Part shown: piece after piece, positions 12,472 through 25,437 of the stretch
Layout: each line of letters begins with the position of its first letter
Position numbering within the stretch: position 1 is the stretch's first letter
DNA from: Schmidtea polychroa
Lineage: Eukaryota
Direction of reading: 5' to 3'
Assembly: GCA_044892525.1 (NCBI GenBank)
Contig: CM097885.1
Location: 13,766,001-13,830,000 of the forward strand
DNA: 64,000 nucleotides
Translations under genes and position numbers: made by a program
Notes under the pieces: generated by a model
The model's database searches: none
Seen by the model: the letters and a program-made list of their open reading frames with translations, nothing else
Told to the model about the DNA's origin: nothing

Positions 12472-12885
12472 ATTGCCCCCTTGAATTTCCCAAACATTCT
12501 ATTTTTCGATTAATTTAAACACATTTTAATAGATTCGCTCAAACAAAAAACAAAAAATATTAATAAAAAAATTTAATTTTTTTTTTAAATTCCTGTCTTT
12601 TTTTAATATTATTAATTATATCTGGAAATCAATAATTTCAAATCATCTTATTTGAATAAAATCTTTCAATATTAACTGACGTTCTGGTTTTAAAAAATGT
12701 GTTCTATTTTGTAAATAAACGAAAAAAAGTCTTATTTTGTATAATGCCCCAAATACTATATATATATATATACCATGCATTTTTTTCAACTCTCTTCCCC
12801 ACTAAAAAATTGTCTACTTGGTAAGACAAATATTTTGGCCACCCCCTCCCCCCCTTCATTGGAAAAATTCCTGCGGACGCCCATG
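12472..12885 (+). mobile_element. 5'-truncated copy of the hAT MITE at 29050-29487
   Basis: Colinear near-identity to 29090-29487; ends CCTGCGGACGCCCATG. Confidence 0.85.
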
Positions 12886-13877
12886 TATAGAACTACCAGA
12901 AAGACTTATGCTAATATTCGAAAAAAATACGCGTGTTATATTTGAGTGCGCATTTAATTTGACAAAAAATATAGTATTTGAAATTATGAATATTTTCGTA
13001 GGAAGACTATAGTAACACTGTGTGATGAAATAAAATCTAAAATATTGGCAAAAATTGGGAGCTTAAAGGGGTCAACTGGTCGAAAATAATTGAGAAACAT
13101 TGGTTTAGTGCACAACAGTCCATTTCACCATTTAATAAATATAAACAATTGAACATATAAAAAAACAACAACCGAATTCGGTCAATGAAAATAGTGCAAT
13201 AATAATTCGAACTTGTAAACCTTTATGAATGAAATTCAACCCTTTATAATGCCAATCAAAATCCGTAAAAAATCATGCGCTAGACTAAATTGTCTCCGTA
13301 GATGCCAATAAACAGGAAGCCAAACAATAAACAGAATTTTATACATTATATTTATTACCGATGAAAATTTGGCATCAATATTTTTATTATTAACGAACCT
13401 TATTTTTCACTTTTTTTATTAATATTGAATTGAAGTGGCACCATATAGACAAATTACCAAGGGAAATTTGATAAGAAATTCATAAATTTGACAAACCACT
13501 TAATAAATTTTTTTAAGGTCAAAAGTTTTAATTTTTTCATGAAAATAAAATTTTATCTATTATAAACAAATAATTAAAACAACTAAAAATAATTTATAAT
13601 TTCTATGCGAATATTCAGTTACCATCTTACAGAAAACAGTTTGAGCTAAATGAATATTTATTCAAAATCACGTGCACTGTGCAATCTCCAAAATTTTAGA
13701 ACCCCATGATGTCATAATTGGTTCTTATGTGCACATGAGTCAATAATTCTGAAATCCTATTGGATTTCAACCGGCCAATGAAAACGAAGAGACTTTGCAT
13801 CCAATCAATGTATTTAATTATTATAATTGTGCGTTCATTGTTACAATAACAGTATTTAATTATTCGATAAAAATTAA

Positions 13878-15182
13878 ATGAAGAAATTAGTTTATATTTT
13901 ATTGCTGATAATTTTGACATTGAATTATTCGGCGCAAACTTATTTCGAAAGTGGCTTAATTGATGAGCCATGCCAAAAAAAGTGCCGATGTAAACACAAA
14001 GAAAATACCACAAAAATTCAGATGGCTTACTGCATTGTCGACGAGAAAGACACATTTGTGTCGTGTAATGTTGAATGGCCGATGTTGATGATGACGATTA
14101 AGAAACTTCGATTTAACGCCGATCTTCTTGCGCCTTGTCAACGGATCAGTCGATTACTGATTACGGCAGAAAGCGAATTGGTTGTTCTAATGCCGGAGAT
14201 GTTTAAATTCGTTTCCCGCCTCGAAATACTAGTTGTTCAATCTCCGGTTCAAACCATTGAAAATCAGTTTATGAAAAATTTTGTTTCCCTGAAAATTTTG
14301 GATATTTCTGAAACGAAAATCGAACATTTGTCAAGTGCAATGTTTTCCGTTTGCCCGGTGACTGAGAGAATTCGATTGAGTTCGAATCGGATTTCGGTTA
14401 TTGGGGATAAAACATTCGACAGTTGCAATCGAGTGGTTAATTTGGATCTAGGAAACAACCGACTAACGGCAATCCGTCGATTGACGTTCAGTGAAGGATA
14501 TAATTTGCAAACATTGGACCTGAATCGCAACCGAATTACGAGAATTGAAGATTTTAGTTTTAAGAATTTGAAGAAATTGAAAGTCCTAAATTTGCAAAGG
14601 AACCTTTTGAAGAGTATTAAATCTGAAATTTTATTCGGCTTGGAAAGTCTTCAGTATTTGTTTTTGAGTAAAAATAACATCGAAACAATTGATGAAGATT
14701 CTTTTGTTAATTTGAAATCTCTGAGAATGATCAATCTGGAAAATAATCCACTGCTTCGACCACATTTAACTTTATTCCTCAACCTTGACAAATTGACAGT
14801 GCTATTAACCGGAGTCAAATGTGTCAATGAGCAGTATTACGATTACACGAAGGTCTCAATTAATGTTTCGAAGGAGTTTGAGAAATATCCCCTTTGTTCT
14901 GGAATCCGAAAACGAAACGTGACGGGAGAAAATAAGCCTTTGATTCAAAATTCTGAATCGAAAAATCAACAGCCAAATCCGACAAAGGTTTGGAAAACCT
15001 CCGTCGGCCCGTCGATATTCGATCTCCATCCGTATTTATTCCCAATGATATTCGGAGGTCTGTCAGTTTTACTCATCTCCATCATTGTCATTGCTGTCGT
15101 GTGCCATGTTAAAAACCAACAGATTAATGAGTTGAGATTACAAGAATTACAAAACTTGCCCATGATGCAATCAACTTTGTAA
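13878..15182 (+). CDS. Single-exon leucine-rich-repeat type I transmembrane protein (host gene)
   Basis: Signal peptide, Cys-rich LRRNT (CQKKCRC), multiple LxxLxLxxNxI repeats, TM helix, short tail ending -STL. Confidence 0.93.
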   Translation: MKKLVYILLLIILTLNYSAQTYFESGLIDEPCQKKCRCKHKENTTKIQMAYCIVDEKDTFVSCNVEWPMLMMTIKKLRFNADLLAPCQRISRLLITAESELVVLMPEMFKFVSRLEILVVQSPVQTIENQFMKNFVSLKILDISETKIEHLSSAMFSVCPVTERIRLSSNRISVIGDKTFDSCNRVVNLDLGNNRLTAIRRLTFSEGYNLQTLDLNRNRITRIEDFSFKNLKKLKVLNLQRNLLKSIKSEILFGLESLQYLFLSKNNIETIDEDSFVNLKSLRMINLENNPLLRPHLTLFLNLDKLTVLLTGVKCVNEQYYDYTKVSINVSKEFEKYPLCSGIRKRNVTGENKPLIQNSESKNQQPNPTKVWKTSVGPSIFDLHPYLFPMIFGGLSVLLISIIVIAVVCHVKNQQINELRLQELQNLPMMQSTL

Positions 15183-15770
15183 AAGACAATTTGGAAAAAT
15201 GTATGAAATTGTAAATATCACAGATGACAAAAAAAATAAAAGTTTTTTTACCTCGATATAGATATGTATTTAATTTTTTATTTAAATAAATGTTTTAATC
15301 TTACTTTCCGTTTTATTGGGAATATAAAAATAATATTTTCCATCACACCTCTACTTTTATTAAACAAAATTTTAAATAAATTTGATATTTTTAATTTTAA
15401 AATTGGAAAGGGGAGCTGTGGCCGCTCGCCTATAAGGGCCACATGGCTGTAACCTTTACACAGATATCATCCACGAGTATCCACTGAAGGGAGGGTAAAT
15501 ATTATGATTTTACATTTTTAAGCCTTTCCTTTATATTTTAAAAAAATATTTTAAATGGATTGTTTTACGCTTTTTATTATTGTTAACAAATACAAACTAA
15601 TGATAAATATAAAATAAAATTTATATTTGTTTAAACATATTGAAACAAAACCGTGAGATATACTTTAAAAAATATGAATCACGGTCCCAAAGATATTTTT
15701 AAAGCAAATTAAATTATTTCTGTTCAAAAAAATGTATAAATTTATATCACTTTGTTAGTTTATTACTGGC

Positions 15771-16396
15771 GTGGGAGTCTGCAGTACACGCCAAGCTAAA
15801 GCAATGAAAGGGTATCTCTCGAATCAGAATATTGATCAAATCATGATTCCATCCGGCACGACAGCATATTTACAAAGTTTGGATATTGGCATAAATAAGC
15901 CATTTAAGAATTATCTTCGGGAAAAAGTTAACATCTATATTGAAACCAAAAGAGAACGTAATATGAAAGGTAATTATATCAAACCTAAATTACAGGATGC
16001 TGTTGGCTGGGTAAAAGCAGCTTGGAGTAAAATCAAAAATGAATGTCTTTTCAACTCTTTGGACAAATCCTTTTCATTCGATACTTCAGCAATTGCTAAA
16101 CATGAACGTTTTGGTCCGTTGATTTTAATGGAGTTAGAATCGCAAACAAGACCTGCTGATTTTTCAATTTTAAATGAACAAGACAATGTTTTACAAGAAG
16201 ATGATATGGTTGTACTAGAATAAAAACATTTTAATTGATTAAATTTTTATTTTTAATATTTGTATAATTTTTAAAAGTTTATTTTTATTCCAAAAAATAG
16301 AAAACCTCCCGAAATTAAGCCCTAAGTGTATTTTTGCCAAATTTTTTTTTAAAAAATATATTTAAACTCGGAGCTGTATTTTGGAAAAACACGGTA
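15771..16396 (+). pseudogene. pogo-type DDE_1 transposase 3' fragment with probable right end
   Basis: IPSGTTAYLQSLDIGINKPFK and WVKAAW motifs; ends TTTTGGAAAAACACGG|TA. Confidence 0.75.
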
Positions 16397-17109
16397 TTAT
16401 TATGAATTTTGCAAATTTTTGTAGGCCCCAAATGGGGCCTGGTAATCCTTAGGTTCACCCCATTTTTTGAGTTTCTTCTATTTTATGTTAAGTCTGTCGT
16501 CAGCGGTCAATTCTAACAGTTTCTTAATTTTCTCATTCCACCTCGTTTTTTAGTAGTTTAATTTTTTTAAACAAAAGTACATCAGTAATTATGACAAAAT
16601 CAAATAACGGAAATAAACAATTAGAATCGCAAAAATGAAATAATTCTTTGTGTCAACGCGCTATTCAAATCTATTTTTAACTTTTCCTTTTTTCCTCCAC
16701 CATAGTTATATTCAACAATGATCTTCTCATCCCTATCGGCAAACTTCAATACTGTTGCTTCGTTTTCAAGATTTGAAGTTGAGCGTTACAATTTAAAGCA
16801 CTCTCATTATTTTTTTAAATATATATTGCATCCGTATCTATTTGTTGGAAAATAGAAAATCTGAAGCATCAATGTTACTGATGTTTATAAATTAATTTTT
16901 AATCATAATTGATCATCCCTGACTAAATCGCACATTTTTCAGCTCTCGAATAAAGCTAAAAAATACATAAAATAAAAGCTATAGAATAAACAATACCAAA
17001 ATCATTTGCATGATATGTTTTGGTTTATTTAGACATATTTTACTCTTGTTTAGTAAGACTACACAAGAAATATCATTATACCATTTCTAAATTGAATCTG
17101 TTATAAGCG

Positions 17110-19683
17110 CAGGCCCGTACCGTCGGGGGGCCCAGGAGGGCCCGGCCCCCCCCAAACGCAAGTCTGGCCCCCCCAAATAAAAAAACGGACATGAATAAAA
17201 AATTACATTCAATATGTTTGATAAAAGAAAAATTGCTATCGTGTACACATGCATTGAGTTGCACATGTAGAGGTTTATGTAGTGTGGACGGGGGTAGGAT
17301 GTTCCATCTATCTGCCCCACTGGAAGAGACTGGCATGTGAAGTCGGTGGCGTGGGTAGGGTGCGTGCTGTCTGTCTTTCCTGCCTCACAGGCAGTAACAA
17401 CGCATGGAGGCATGAATCTTCTGTTGGCCACATCCATGCCATGGAACGCTGGAAAGAGAAACAGCTGAGATGTGAAAAAGGTGAGGAAGTTTGCACTTTG
17501 ATTAATGAAACACAGCTGAAGAACAACCGTTATTATGTCAACGAAATCGTTGACGTTGTAAAGTTTCTTGTGACAAATGAATTAGCCTTTAGTGGTGACA
17601 GTTTCAGTAGAGATGATATTGATGAGGATGATAAGCTTCCGTGTGGTCTATTTTTACGTCTCTTCGAATACACTGTTAAGAAAAATCCTGAGCTGGCTCG
17701 AATCATTAAAACGATTCCCAAAATTGCCACGTACACATCACCTCGAATTCAAAATGAAATTATCGCGTTAATGGCATCAATAGTGCAAGAGTCAATTGTT
17801 AAGAAGTGCAAGTCTGCGGATGTTGAATATTTTACTCTGAAGGTGGATGGTACCAAAGATCGAACAGGGACTGAGAATGTGTCGATTGCCATAAGGTTTG
17901 TCTCAGCAGGACAACCTCAGGAGCACTTAATCTGCATTTCCCGAACAATTGCTCTCAATGCAGAGGCCTTCACAGATGTAATTTTGACAACCTTGAAAGA
18001 GGCTCAGTTGGATCCTAAAAATATAATTTCCCAATGCTATGATGGAGCCGCTGTTATGTCTGGACAGCATGGTGGGGTGCAGGCCTTGCTTCAGGAGCGT
18101 CTACAAAAAGAAATTCCGTATGTCCATTGCTTCAACCACAAGTTGCATTTGGTTGTTGTGTGTGCCGTTTCTGAGTGCCAAAAACTGCGGGACTTCTTCA
18201 ACATATGCAGAAACTTATACACATTTTTGTCATATCCTAAGGTTGCGGCCATATATCAAGGCGATAAATTGACACGGCTCATGGAACATCGTTGGACAGG
18301 ACACTTGCAGACGACTCAGGCAATAACAACTAATTATGATACAATTGTGAATTTGCTTGAGATGTGTTCTAGTAGACATTCTCACTTTTCAATTGATATT
18401 CAATTGGAAGCTACTGGACTCTTGCATCGAGTCAATGAAGTGGAGTTTCAGTTCATTGCACACATGGTGCTCTCATTGCTGACTATCCTTGAAACAGCCA
18501 ACAATAGCTTGCAGGATCAAGCAATGGACCTTTCTTCAGCATGTGATGTTATGGATGCCGTCATAGAGCGCATTCGCAGCCTACGCAATGAAGAGGAATT
18601 CCAAGTTCTTTTTGGGAAATTCGAAGGTCAAATGGATATGGAACAGACACCAAAAAGAAGAAGAACTCAGATGAACTCAAAATTAGACAACTTCATTGTG
18701 TTCGGATCTGTGGGACAGCCAGAACACCAGGCCTTGCATACCAGATGCGCATATCGCCAGATGTATTACGAAGTCGTTGATAGGACTCTGCAGGAACTAA
18801 CAAAACGCTTCGGTGTCACCAACAGAAGCCTTTATAAGTCTCTTGCATGTTTCAAGACTGATCACGCAAACTTTTTGAATATTGAGGATCTAAAGACTTT
18901 AGCGACACTGTGTGGCGTGGACCTAAGCGAAACCCAACATGAATTTGAAACTGCAAAGGTTTTCCTATTGAAGAGAGCCAGTACTGTGACAAACGTTCAT
19001 CAGTTAGTGCAAGAACTGTACTCATACCGAGATGCTTTTCCATCTGTCTATCGTCTTGCAGCTTCTGCACTGACAATCGGTGCTTCAACTGCCACATGTG
19101 AGGCGACTTTCAGTACTTTATCTCGTGTCTTAACTCCCTTTCGTACGTCAATGAGCCATTCTCGTAAAGCCAACCTTGTATTGCTCTCATTTGAAAGTAA
19201 CATCAGTAATAACATCAAATCTGATGAGTTTCTTCGGCGGTTTCATGAAATGAAAAATCGTCGACTGCAGCTATTTTGAGTCATGTCGATATCTCACACA
19301 CGTAATTTCTTTTTTCTGGATCTAGTTCCTGTGTAATTTCTATTGCACTCACCTTTAGTTTTCAAATCTGTGTGACTGTGTGTGCTGTCTTTGTATGTCC
19401 AATTGTCCGTCGTGCAAATACATGCAGCTATTTGTTTTTTGTGTTTGTTCCTAAAAAATGTGCGAAAATCATTTACTATATACTAGTATATGCAATAATG
19501 TAGCAAAATAATGCTCAGACAAAATGTCGATTTTGCTTTCCTTTTTTTTAAATTGAACATTTCGGAGTGCAAAGTGTGAGTAGTGACTAGTCTGTTTTCA
19601 TAAAATACTTAGTTTACATGAGAATTACTGGCCCCCCAAACGCAAGTCTGGCCCCGGTCAAAAGGTGTCACGGTACGGGGCTG
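17110..19683 (+). mobile_element. hAT transposon (ZMYM1/DUF4371-like)
   Basis: 8-bp TSD TATAAGCG; TIR CAGGCCCGTACCGT / ACGGTACGGGGCTG; subterminal CCCCCCAAACGCAAGTCTGGCCCC at both ends. Confidence 0.95.
17282..19279 (+). CDS. hAT transposase, N-terminus apparently deleted
   Basis: YTSPRIQNEII, KVDGTKD, CYDGA, HCFNHKLHL, RW, CEATFS and hATC dimerization region; no stops over 665 codons. Confidence 0.92.
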   Translation: MWTGVGCSIYLPHWKRLACEVGGVGRVRAVCLSCLTGSNNAWRHESSVGHIHAMERWKEKQLRCEKGEEVCTLINETQLKNNRYYVNEIVDVVKFLVTNELAFSGDSFSRDDIDEDDKLPCGLFLRLFEYTVKKNPELARIIKTIPKIATYTSPRIQNEIIALMASIVQESIVKKCKSADVEYFTLKVDGTKDRTGTENVSIAIRFVSAGQPQEHLICISRTIALNAEAFTDVILTTLKEAQLDPKNIISQCYDGAAVMSGQHGGVQALLQERLQKEIPYVHCFNHKLHLVVVCAVSECQKLRDFFNICRNLYTFLSYPKVAAIYQGDKLTRLMEHRWTGHLQTTQAITTNYDTIVNLLEMCSSRHSHFSIDIQLEATGLLHRVNEVEFQFIAHMVLSLLTILETANNSLQDQAMDLSSACDVMDAVIERIRSLRNEEEFQVLFGKFEGQMDMEQTPKRRRTQMNSKLDNFIVFGSVGQPEHQALHTRCAYRQMYYEVVDRTLQELTKRFGVTNRSLYKSLACFKTDHANFLNIEDLKTLATLCGVDLSETQHEFETAKVFLLKRASTVTNVHQLVQELYSYRDAFPSVYRLAASALTIGASTATCEATFSTLSRVLTPFRTSMSHSRKANLVLLSFESNISNNIKSDEFLRRFHEMKNRRLQLF

Positions 19684-20494
19684 TATAAGCGGATGATTTG
19701 CAAGTTACACTCACGTGATATTTTCTCACTGTTATAGAAAATATTTCAATTTGCTATTAGCTCAAAACTTTAAGCTCATTAATTATTTTGATTGAGATGG
19801 ATAAGTCTATGTGCATACATCGAGCAGTGTATAGATTTTTCTACTTAAAGTATATTTTGTATCAAATTTTGTGTTTCTTATAAGTGTAGACCTAGAAGAA
19901 TCTGTTAAATTGAGTTCCCTCGTATTATAAAGCCTCAGGGTTTTCCGCTTCTTTGGAAGTTTTACTGTTCTCTATTAACACTTATTAAAGGATTGGTGTC
20001 AATTAATAATTAATAATTTTAATAATTTATTAATTTTAATAATTTTACTGATTTATTACAATAGTTCTAAAACCCATTTTTGGTAGCTTTCCCAAAATTC
20101 GAAATGCATTTCCTTCGCGATTCAACTTATGAAAACACAAAAAATAGAAATGTACTGAAATTTTTTTTATCAATTTTGTGAAAAATTTACAGTTAAAACT
20201 CATGCCTACTTGTCCTTAACTGAGCATTGCGTTTTAATAAAAAATATTTAATGTTTTCTGTTGTAAAAATTGCAAGCGACAATGTGAGAACAAGTCTTTT
20301 AGACATTGAACCCAAACAAGTTGAAATTTTAGCCCAAAAAGAAAAATCTGACTCGTGTAATGAAGAAAGGAAGTACTTAATTCTAACGATCATGCTAGAC
20401 GGTTAAATTGAAAGGATTTTAAATTTATGTAATAATAATGATAATTGCTATATTAATTATAATATTATTAAAGTACAATAATGATAATGATGAT

Positions 20495-20495
20495 G

Positions 20496-20584
<89 letters not shown>

Positions 20585-20782
20585 TTCAATTTCACTACTG
20601 ATTTCTTTTCAATTGACATTGTATTTATTAAAAGCTTGACTATGAATCAGTAATATATCAAAAAAACATCGACATATTAACTGATTCATAATCAAGTGTT
20701 TTAATAAATTATTATTATTATTTTTATTATTATTATTATTATTATTAATTTTATTATTATTATTATTATTATTATAATTATA

Positions 20783-20842
<60 letters not shown>

Positions 20843-20843
20843 G
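20495..20843. repeat. (AAT)n and (TTA)n tracts flanking an inverted dimer of the dispersed repeat
   Basis: Direct reading. Confidence 0.9.
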
Positions 20844-22729
20844 ATTTAGAAATAACATATCGAAGAATCAAACATGAACAAAAAAATTATATTATAAAAA
20901 TCCCATATTTATAATTTGAAAATTTATTTTGCATTAAAACAATTATGCATAATAAGAGATGAAATTCTATCTGATAATTCTGAAAGATCATAAATAATAA
21001 AAATACAAACAAAATATTTCCCAGTTCACAAATTTCTGTCAATGTTAAATTAGAACAAATATTTCTAGTAACAATTGGAATTTTGTTTACCAATTATCAA
21101 ATCATTGGGACCGGAAATCTGTTTCTACTGTCATATTTGATGATTAGAAACACAAAATTTTGTTTATCTTATATCAATTGTCATGATTAATAATTGATGA
21201 ATTCTATTTTTGTTTTCTTGAATAAATAAATTTTATTATGTTTATCCATTATTAACTGATCACAAAAATGTGATTACCATTGACTCTACTGGGCTCAGGG
21301 ACTCAATGAAAATTGCCGACAATGCATTATATTTGGGGATAATAACGGTATTATTTATTTTTTTATTATTTATTAAAAAAGCTTGACTATGAATCAGTAA
21401 ATGTATAAAAAACATCGATATATTTACTGATTCATAGTCAAGCTATTTTAATAAATACAATGTAAAAGAAATCAGTGGTGAAATTTGAAAAGAAAAAAAA
21501 GTTCTTATAATATCTTTTATCTTCTTCAACCCAATATTTTGTTCAATATTTAACACGAATTTTTGGGATTGACTTTTTCAAAACAAATTATCGATTTGTA
21601 GTCTGAAAAGAAATGAAGATAAAGGAAATTTATTGACATCACAATAAGCTCACAAAAAGATCAAAATTTGTGAGCTTATTCATTCGCTAAATAGTTTTGA
21701 AATACCATTTTGGGTTTCAATAGATTCTGTCATATTCTTCATTACTTTGTTCTTCATCTGAAAAGTCGATTCGTTTCAACCTCTAAAGGAGGCTTGGACA
21801 AAACAAAATATCCAAGAGTCAATTTCAAAATTATTAAAATAGAGTGAGTAGCAAAAAAATTGCATAAATAGATTCAATTGTAAAGATTCAAATTTGCTTC
21901 TTCATTTAACTGGTCGAGGTTTTTTTTTGCTTTTTCTGTACTATTACAAGATAGCACACACAAAATAGCATTAATTGTAAATTATGCAGTCTTATTAATT
22001 ATGATTCACATTATTCAATTGACCGTTGCTAACAACAGGTGGTGAACAGAGTAGCGCTAGGAATATAATAAACAACTATCTTAATACATTGTCGATTGAT
22101 CCGGGAGATCTCCCTGTCTGGCTATATAATGAAAAACAGTTCTGTATGTATGGTTCTCAGGATATTTTTAATACATTTTGATGCCCCTTGCTCCCATTTC
22201 TCACAATAACTTATCCCATTTGTTTTATATAATAGAAAAAGTAAAATAGATTTGAGAATGTTGTTAGTTGTCGTTTGTAAAAAATGCGCTATGGCTAGCT
22301 CATATTCAAACGCAATTCGTTCAGTCGGTATTGTGTTAACTAATAAATATTTAGATAATCTGCTTATTTGCAAATATGAAATAACCATAAAAGTTAAAAG
22401 AGAAATTATAAAACAATCAACTTTAAATTTAAATAATTGTACTACAGTATATCTACACCTGTTTGCATGGAATAAAAGCATTACAAAACTTCATTGTTAA
22501 AAATTTAATAAAAAAACTTGGCGAAATAATAACTTAATTTAAATAATAATATTTTGATAGAATTTCCGAACATGACAAAATTCGATTAATTTATGCTTTC
22601 AAAAATCGATTGGAACAATAATTTATAAATAGAAAAATGTGGAGAAATTTCCAAAGAAATAAGAGGTGGCAGGAAACAAATTATTTCAGAAGAACAGGGC
22701 AATTAATGTAATAAAAAATATGTGTTTGG

Positions 22730-23075
22730 CGGTTACTTAAAATATATCTAACTTACATTATATAGAAATAATTCCAAAATAAATGTCATGCATAAATTTC
22801 TTAAAAAAGAGCTAAAAAGTAATTTAAATAAATTATAATACAAATGTTGACTAAAAGTAATATTTAAGAACTTGAATAATGATCTCATATTTATATAAAA
22901 ATTAAAATTCAACCCCTCAAATTTACTTAAAATTAAAAATCTTACTTGAAAGCCTTTTCTAAAATGGCTAAAATAAATAAACTTATAAATTAACTCCATT
23001 TCATTACAAATGGTGAGTCATCTATAATTGGTTATACACACCAACCTGTATTCCGTGCAAACACTGGTAAGATTA
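22730..23075. repeat. Dispersed repeat (DNA-transposon end-like); inverted copy at ~31330-31620
   Basis: TTACTTGAAA...TTTCTAAAATGGCTAAAATAAAT...GTCATCTATAATTGGTT.TACACACCAAC shared in opposite orientation. Confidence 0.7.
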
Positions 23076-25149
23076 CAATGCTTACTGTTAAAAAGGTTCT
23101 TGACAATATATGTTTTGTAACGGTCTGTAGAAGGAAATTGTTGCACCCAACCGAGTCGCATATAAAAATGTGTCAGAATGGCTAGTGGTGAATGTTATGT
23201 TTTAATGAAATTAATTCGTTTCGCTTAACAGAAAAAGTAACATTAAAAGAACAGCAATAAAAATATTAAATTCACAAGATTTATTAATAAATTAAAAGTA
23301 TGAAACCTTCAACCACTCTTCGGAAGATTAGCCAAATTTAGTTTCCTCAGTTCGTTAAAGAGATTTCTAAGAGTTTTCTAATTCCTTCTTTATTTCCAAA
23401 TTGTTTTTAACTCAACTTTTTGGATATATGTTTTCAATATTATTTGATCTCTATAAGTTGTTAATTAATTTACTATAAAATATTGGATTTTTCTTTACTT
23501 CGTCATTGATGATAGACAATAATAAATAATAACGATGACAAAAACGGGAGGGGCAGCACAGAGTCTAAAATACAACAGTATTGCACTTACAAAATCAATT
23601 ATAGAGTCCACAATTGTGAGCGATTCCACGTAAGTGGTCTATCAGAGAATTTACCTATGGGTTTCTACAAAAGGTTCATGTTCAATTGAAAATGTTTGCT
23701 TCTGGATGCCTGATTTTTTTTCTTTATTAAGTAACTTTTTGCTTTGAAGACTATCTTATTATTTTACCTTAAAGGTTCAAAATAGGTAGAAGTAAACCCG
23801 CGATGACTCATCATTTTTTATCAATTTTTTCTATGTCAGAACAAAGGCAATGAGTCATAACTATTAGTCATAAGTAGCTCAAGGTCATTGAGACAAAGTC
23901 AAGGACTCATAGTGAATTTGTTTTTATTAATATTTTGCGCTAAGTATTCAAGTATTTTTTTTAAATGATCGCTATCGTCTAATTTCTATTTTGGCTTTTT
24001 TTATACAACATGGGTATTTGACGAGAACTTTAAAAGTATTTTAAAACATTGCCAAAAGTTTCAAAAATTTCTGTTTTTAGACAAAGACCACCATCCCACT
24101 TACCGTCTTTTATTAAAATCAATAACAAAATCTGCTTAATATATTTATAAAAATTTTATCACCAAAACTTTTGTTGTAGATTATCATAATACGAGTATCT
24201 TTCATTAAGGAACCATATCTCTAAAGTCAATAAATAATAAAGATAGTTTTAATATTTTTGTTAATCATGCACTTGTATTGCAGACGTCTTTGTTAATCAT
24301 ACACTCAACAATCATGCCTCAATACATTGACCAATCACACTCATGCATTGAATGTATAAATATTGCGTTCTTGTCAATATTTTTTTATTAAAATGAATCA
24401 ATCGAACTTTGTTATAACTTTAATCAACGGGTTAATGTCAAATGAAGAAGAAAATTAAATTGTTTGAGAATCCTGGTATCTTATGCAGAGAAGTTAACAA
24501 AAGAAAACCACATTGATTTCCCCAGTATTCGCAATCAGAAATTCGTTAGACCAAAGGAATGTTACTTTATTCTCTTTTCGAAAGAAGCATGAATTGGTCA
24601 TGCGTCATAATGGCTGGTAGCATAACCTTAGATGTAAAAGATTTTATGGTTTTTGTTTATGAACCATGTTTACAATAAAACACATATTGAAATCATGATT
24701 CGATAATTTTACAATCGTCATCCATCGAATGTTTACAACTAGCATATATTCATGTCTTTGATGATGAATCTAATTGATCTTACCCTAATTAATTAGTTAA
24801 TTTTACTAATTCTACTAATATTATCCTTTTTTCGATAATAGTTAAGGAAAATAAATAGAAACCGCTATCCATGTGAAAATATTTCTCACATTAGTCACTA
24901 AACAATACAGTCAACAAAAGGTATCCCCTCTCTATTCGACAAAAAAATTGTGAGAGTCGAGGATTCCTATAGGATCTGTAGTACACATATCTATTTACTA
25001 TGTATTGCTCTATTGATTGACCTCAGAATAAATTTGTGTTACAATGGGACAAAATTGATCTATAGTCACATTGAAAATAAATGAAATGTTAAAAGAAAAC
25101 AAAAATAATTCAAAGGTGAACAATTTCAGTAATGTACATTTAAAATATT

Positions 25150-25437
25150 CAGTGGTGTAGCCAAAGGAGGGGGGGTTAAACCCCACTCCCCCACCCTTTG
25201 GATTTTTCATGTACAAATCATTCACTTAAATAAGAAAAAAACAAGACACTTTTTTTCTTTATTTTATTTACTGTAAATGTAATACTGTCACATCTGTCTG
25301 TACTCTGTAGTTTGTACTCTCAGTACATTGTGATTATTTATTTTGTTAAATTTTATTTTGGTTATTACCATAATATTAAAAAATATTTTTCAATTCCAAA
25401 CCCCCCCCCCCTTCATAAATTCCAAGCTACGCCACTA
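25150..25437. mobile_element. hAT MITE
   Basis: 8-bp TSD AAAATATT; TIR CAGTGGTGTAGC / GCTACGCCACTA. Confidence 0.8.
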
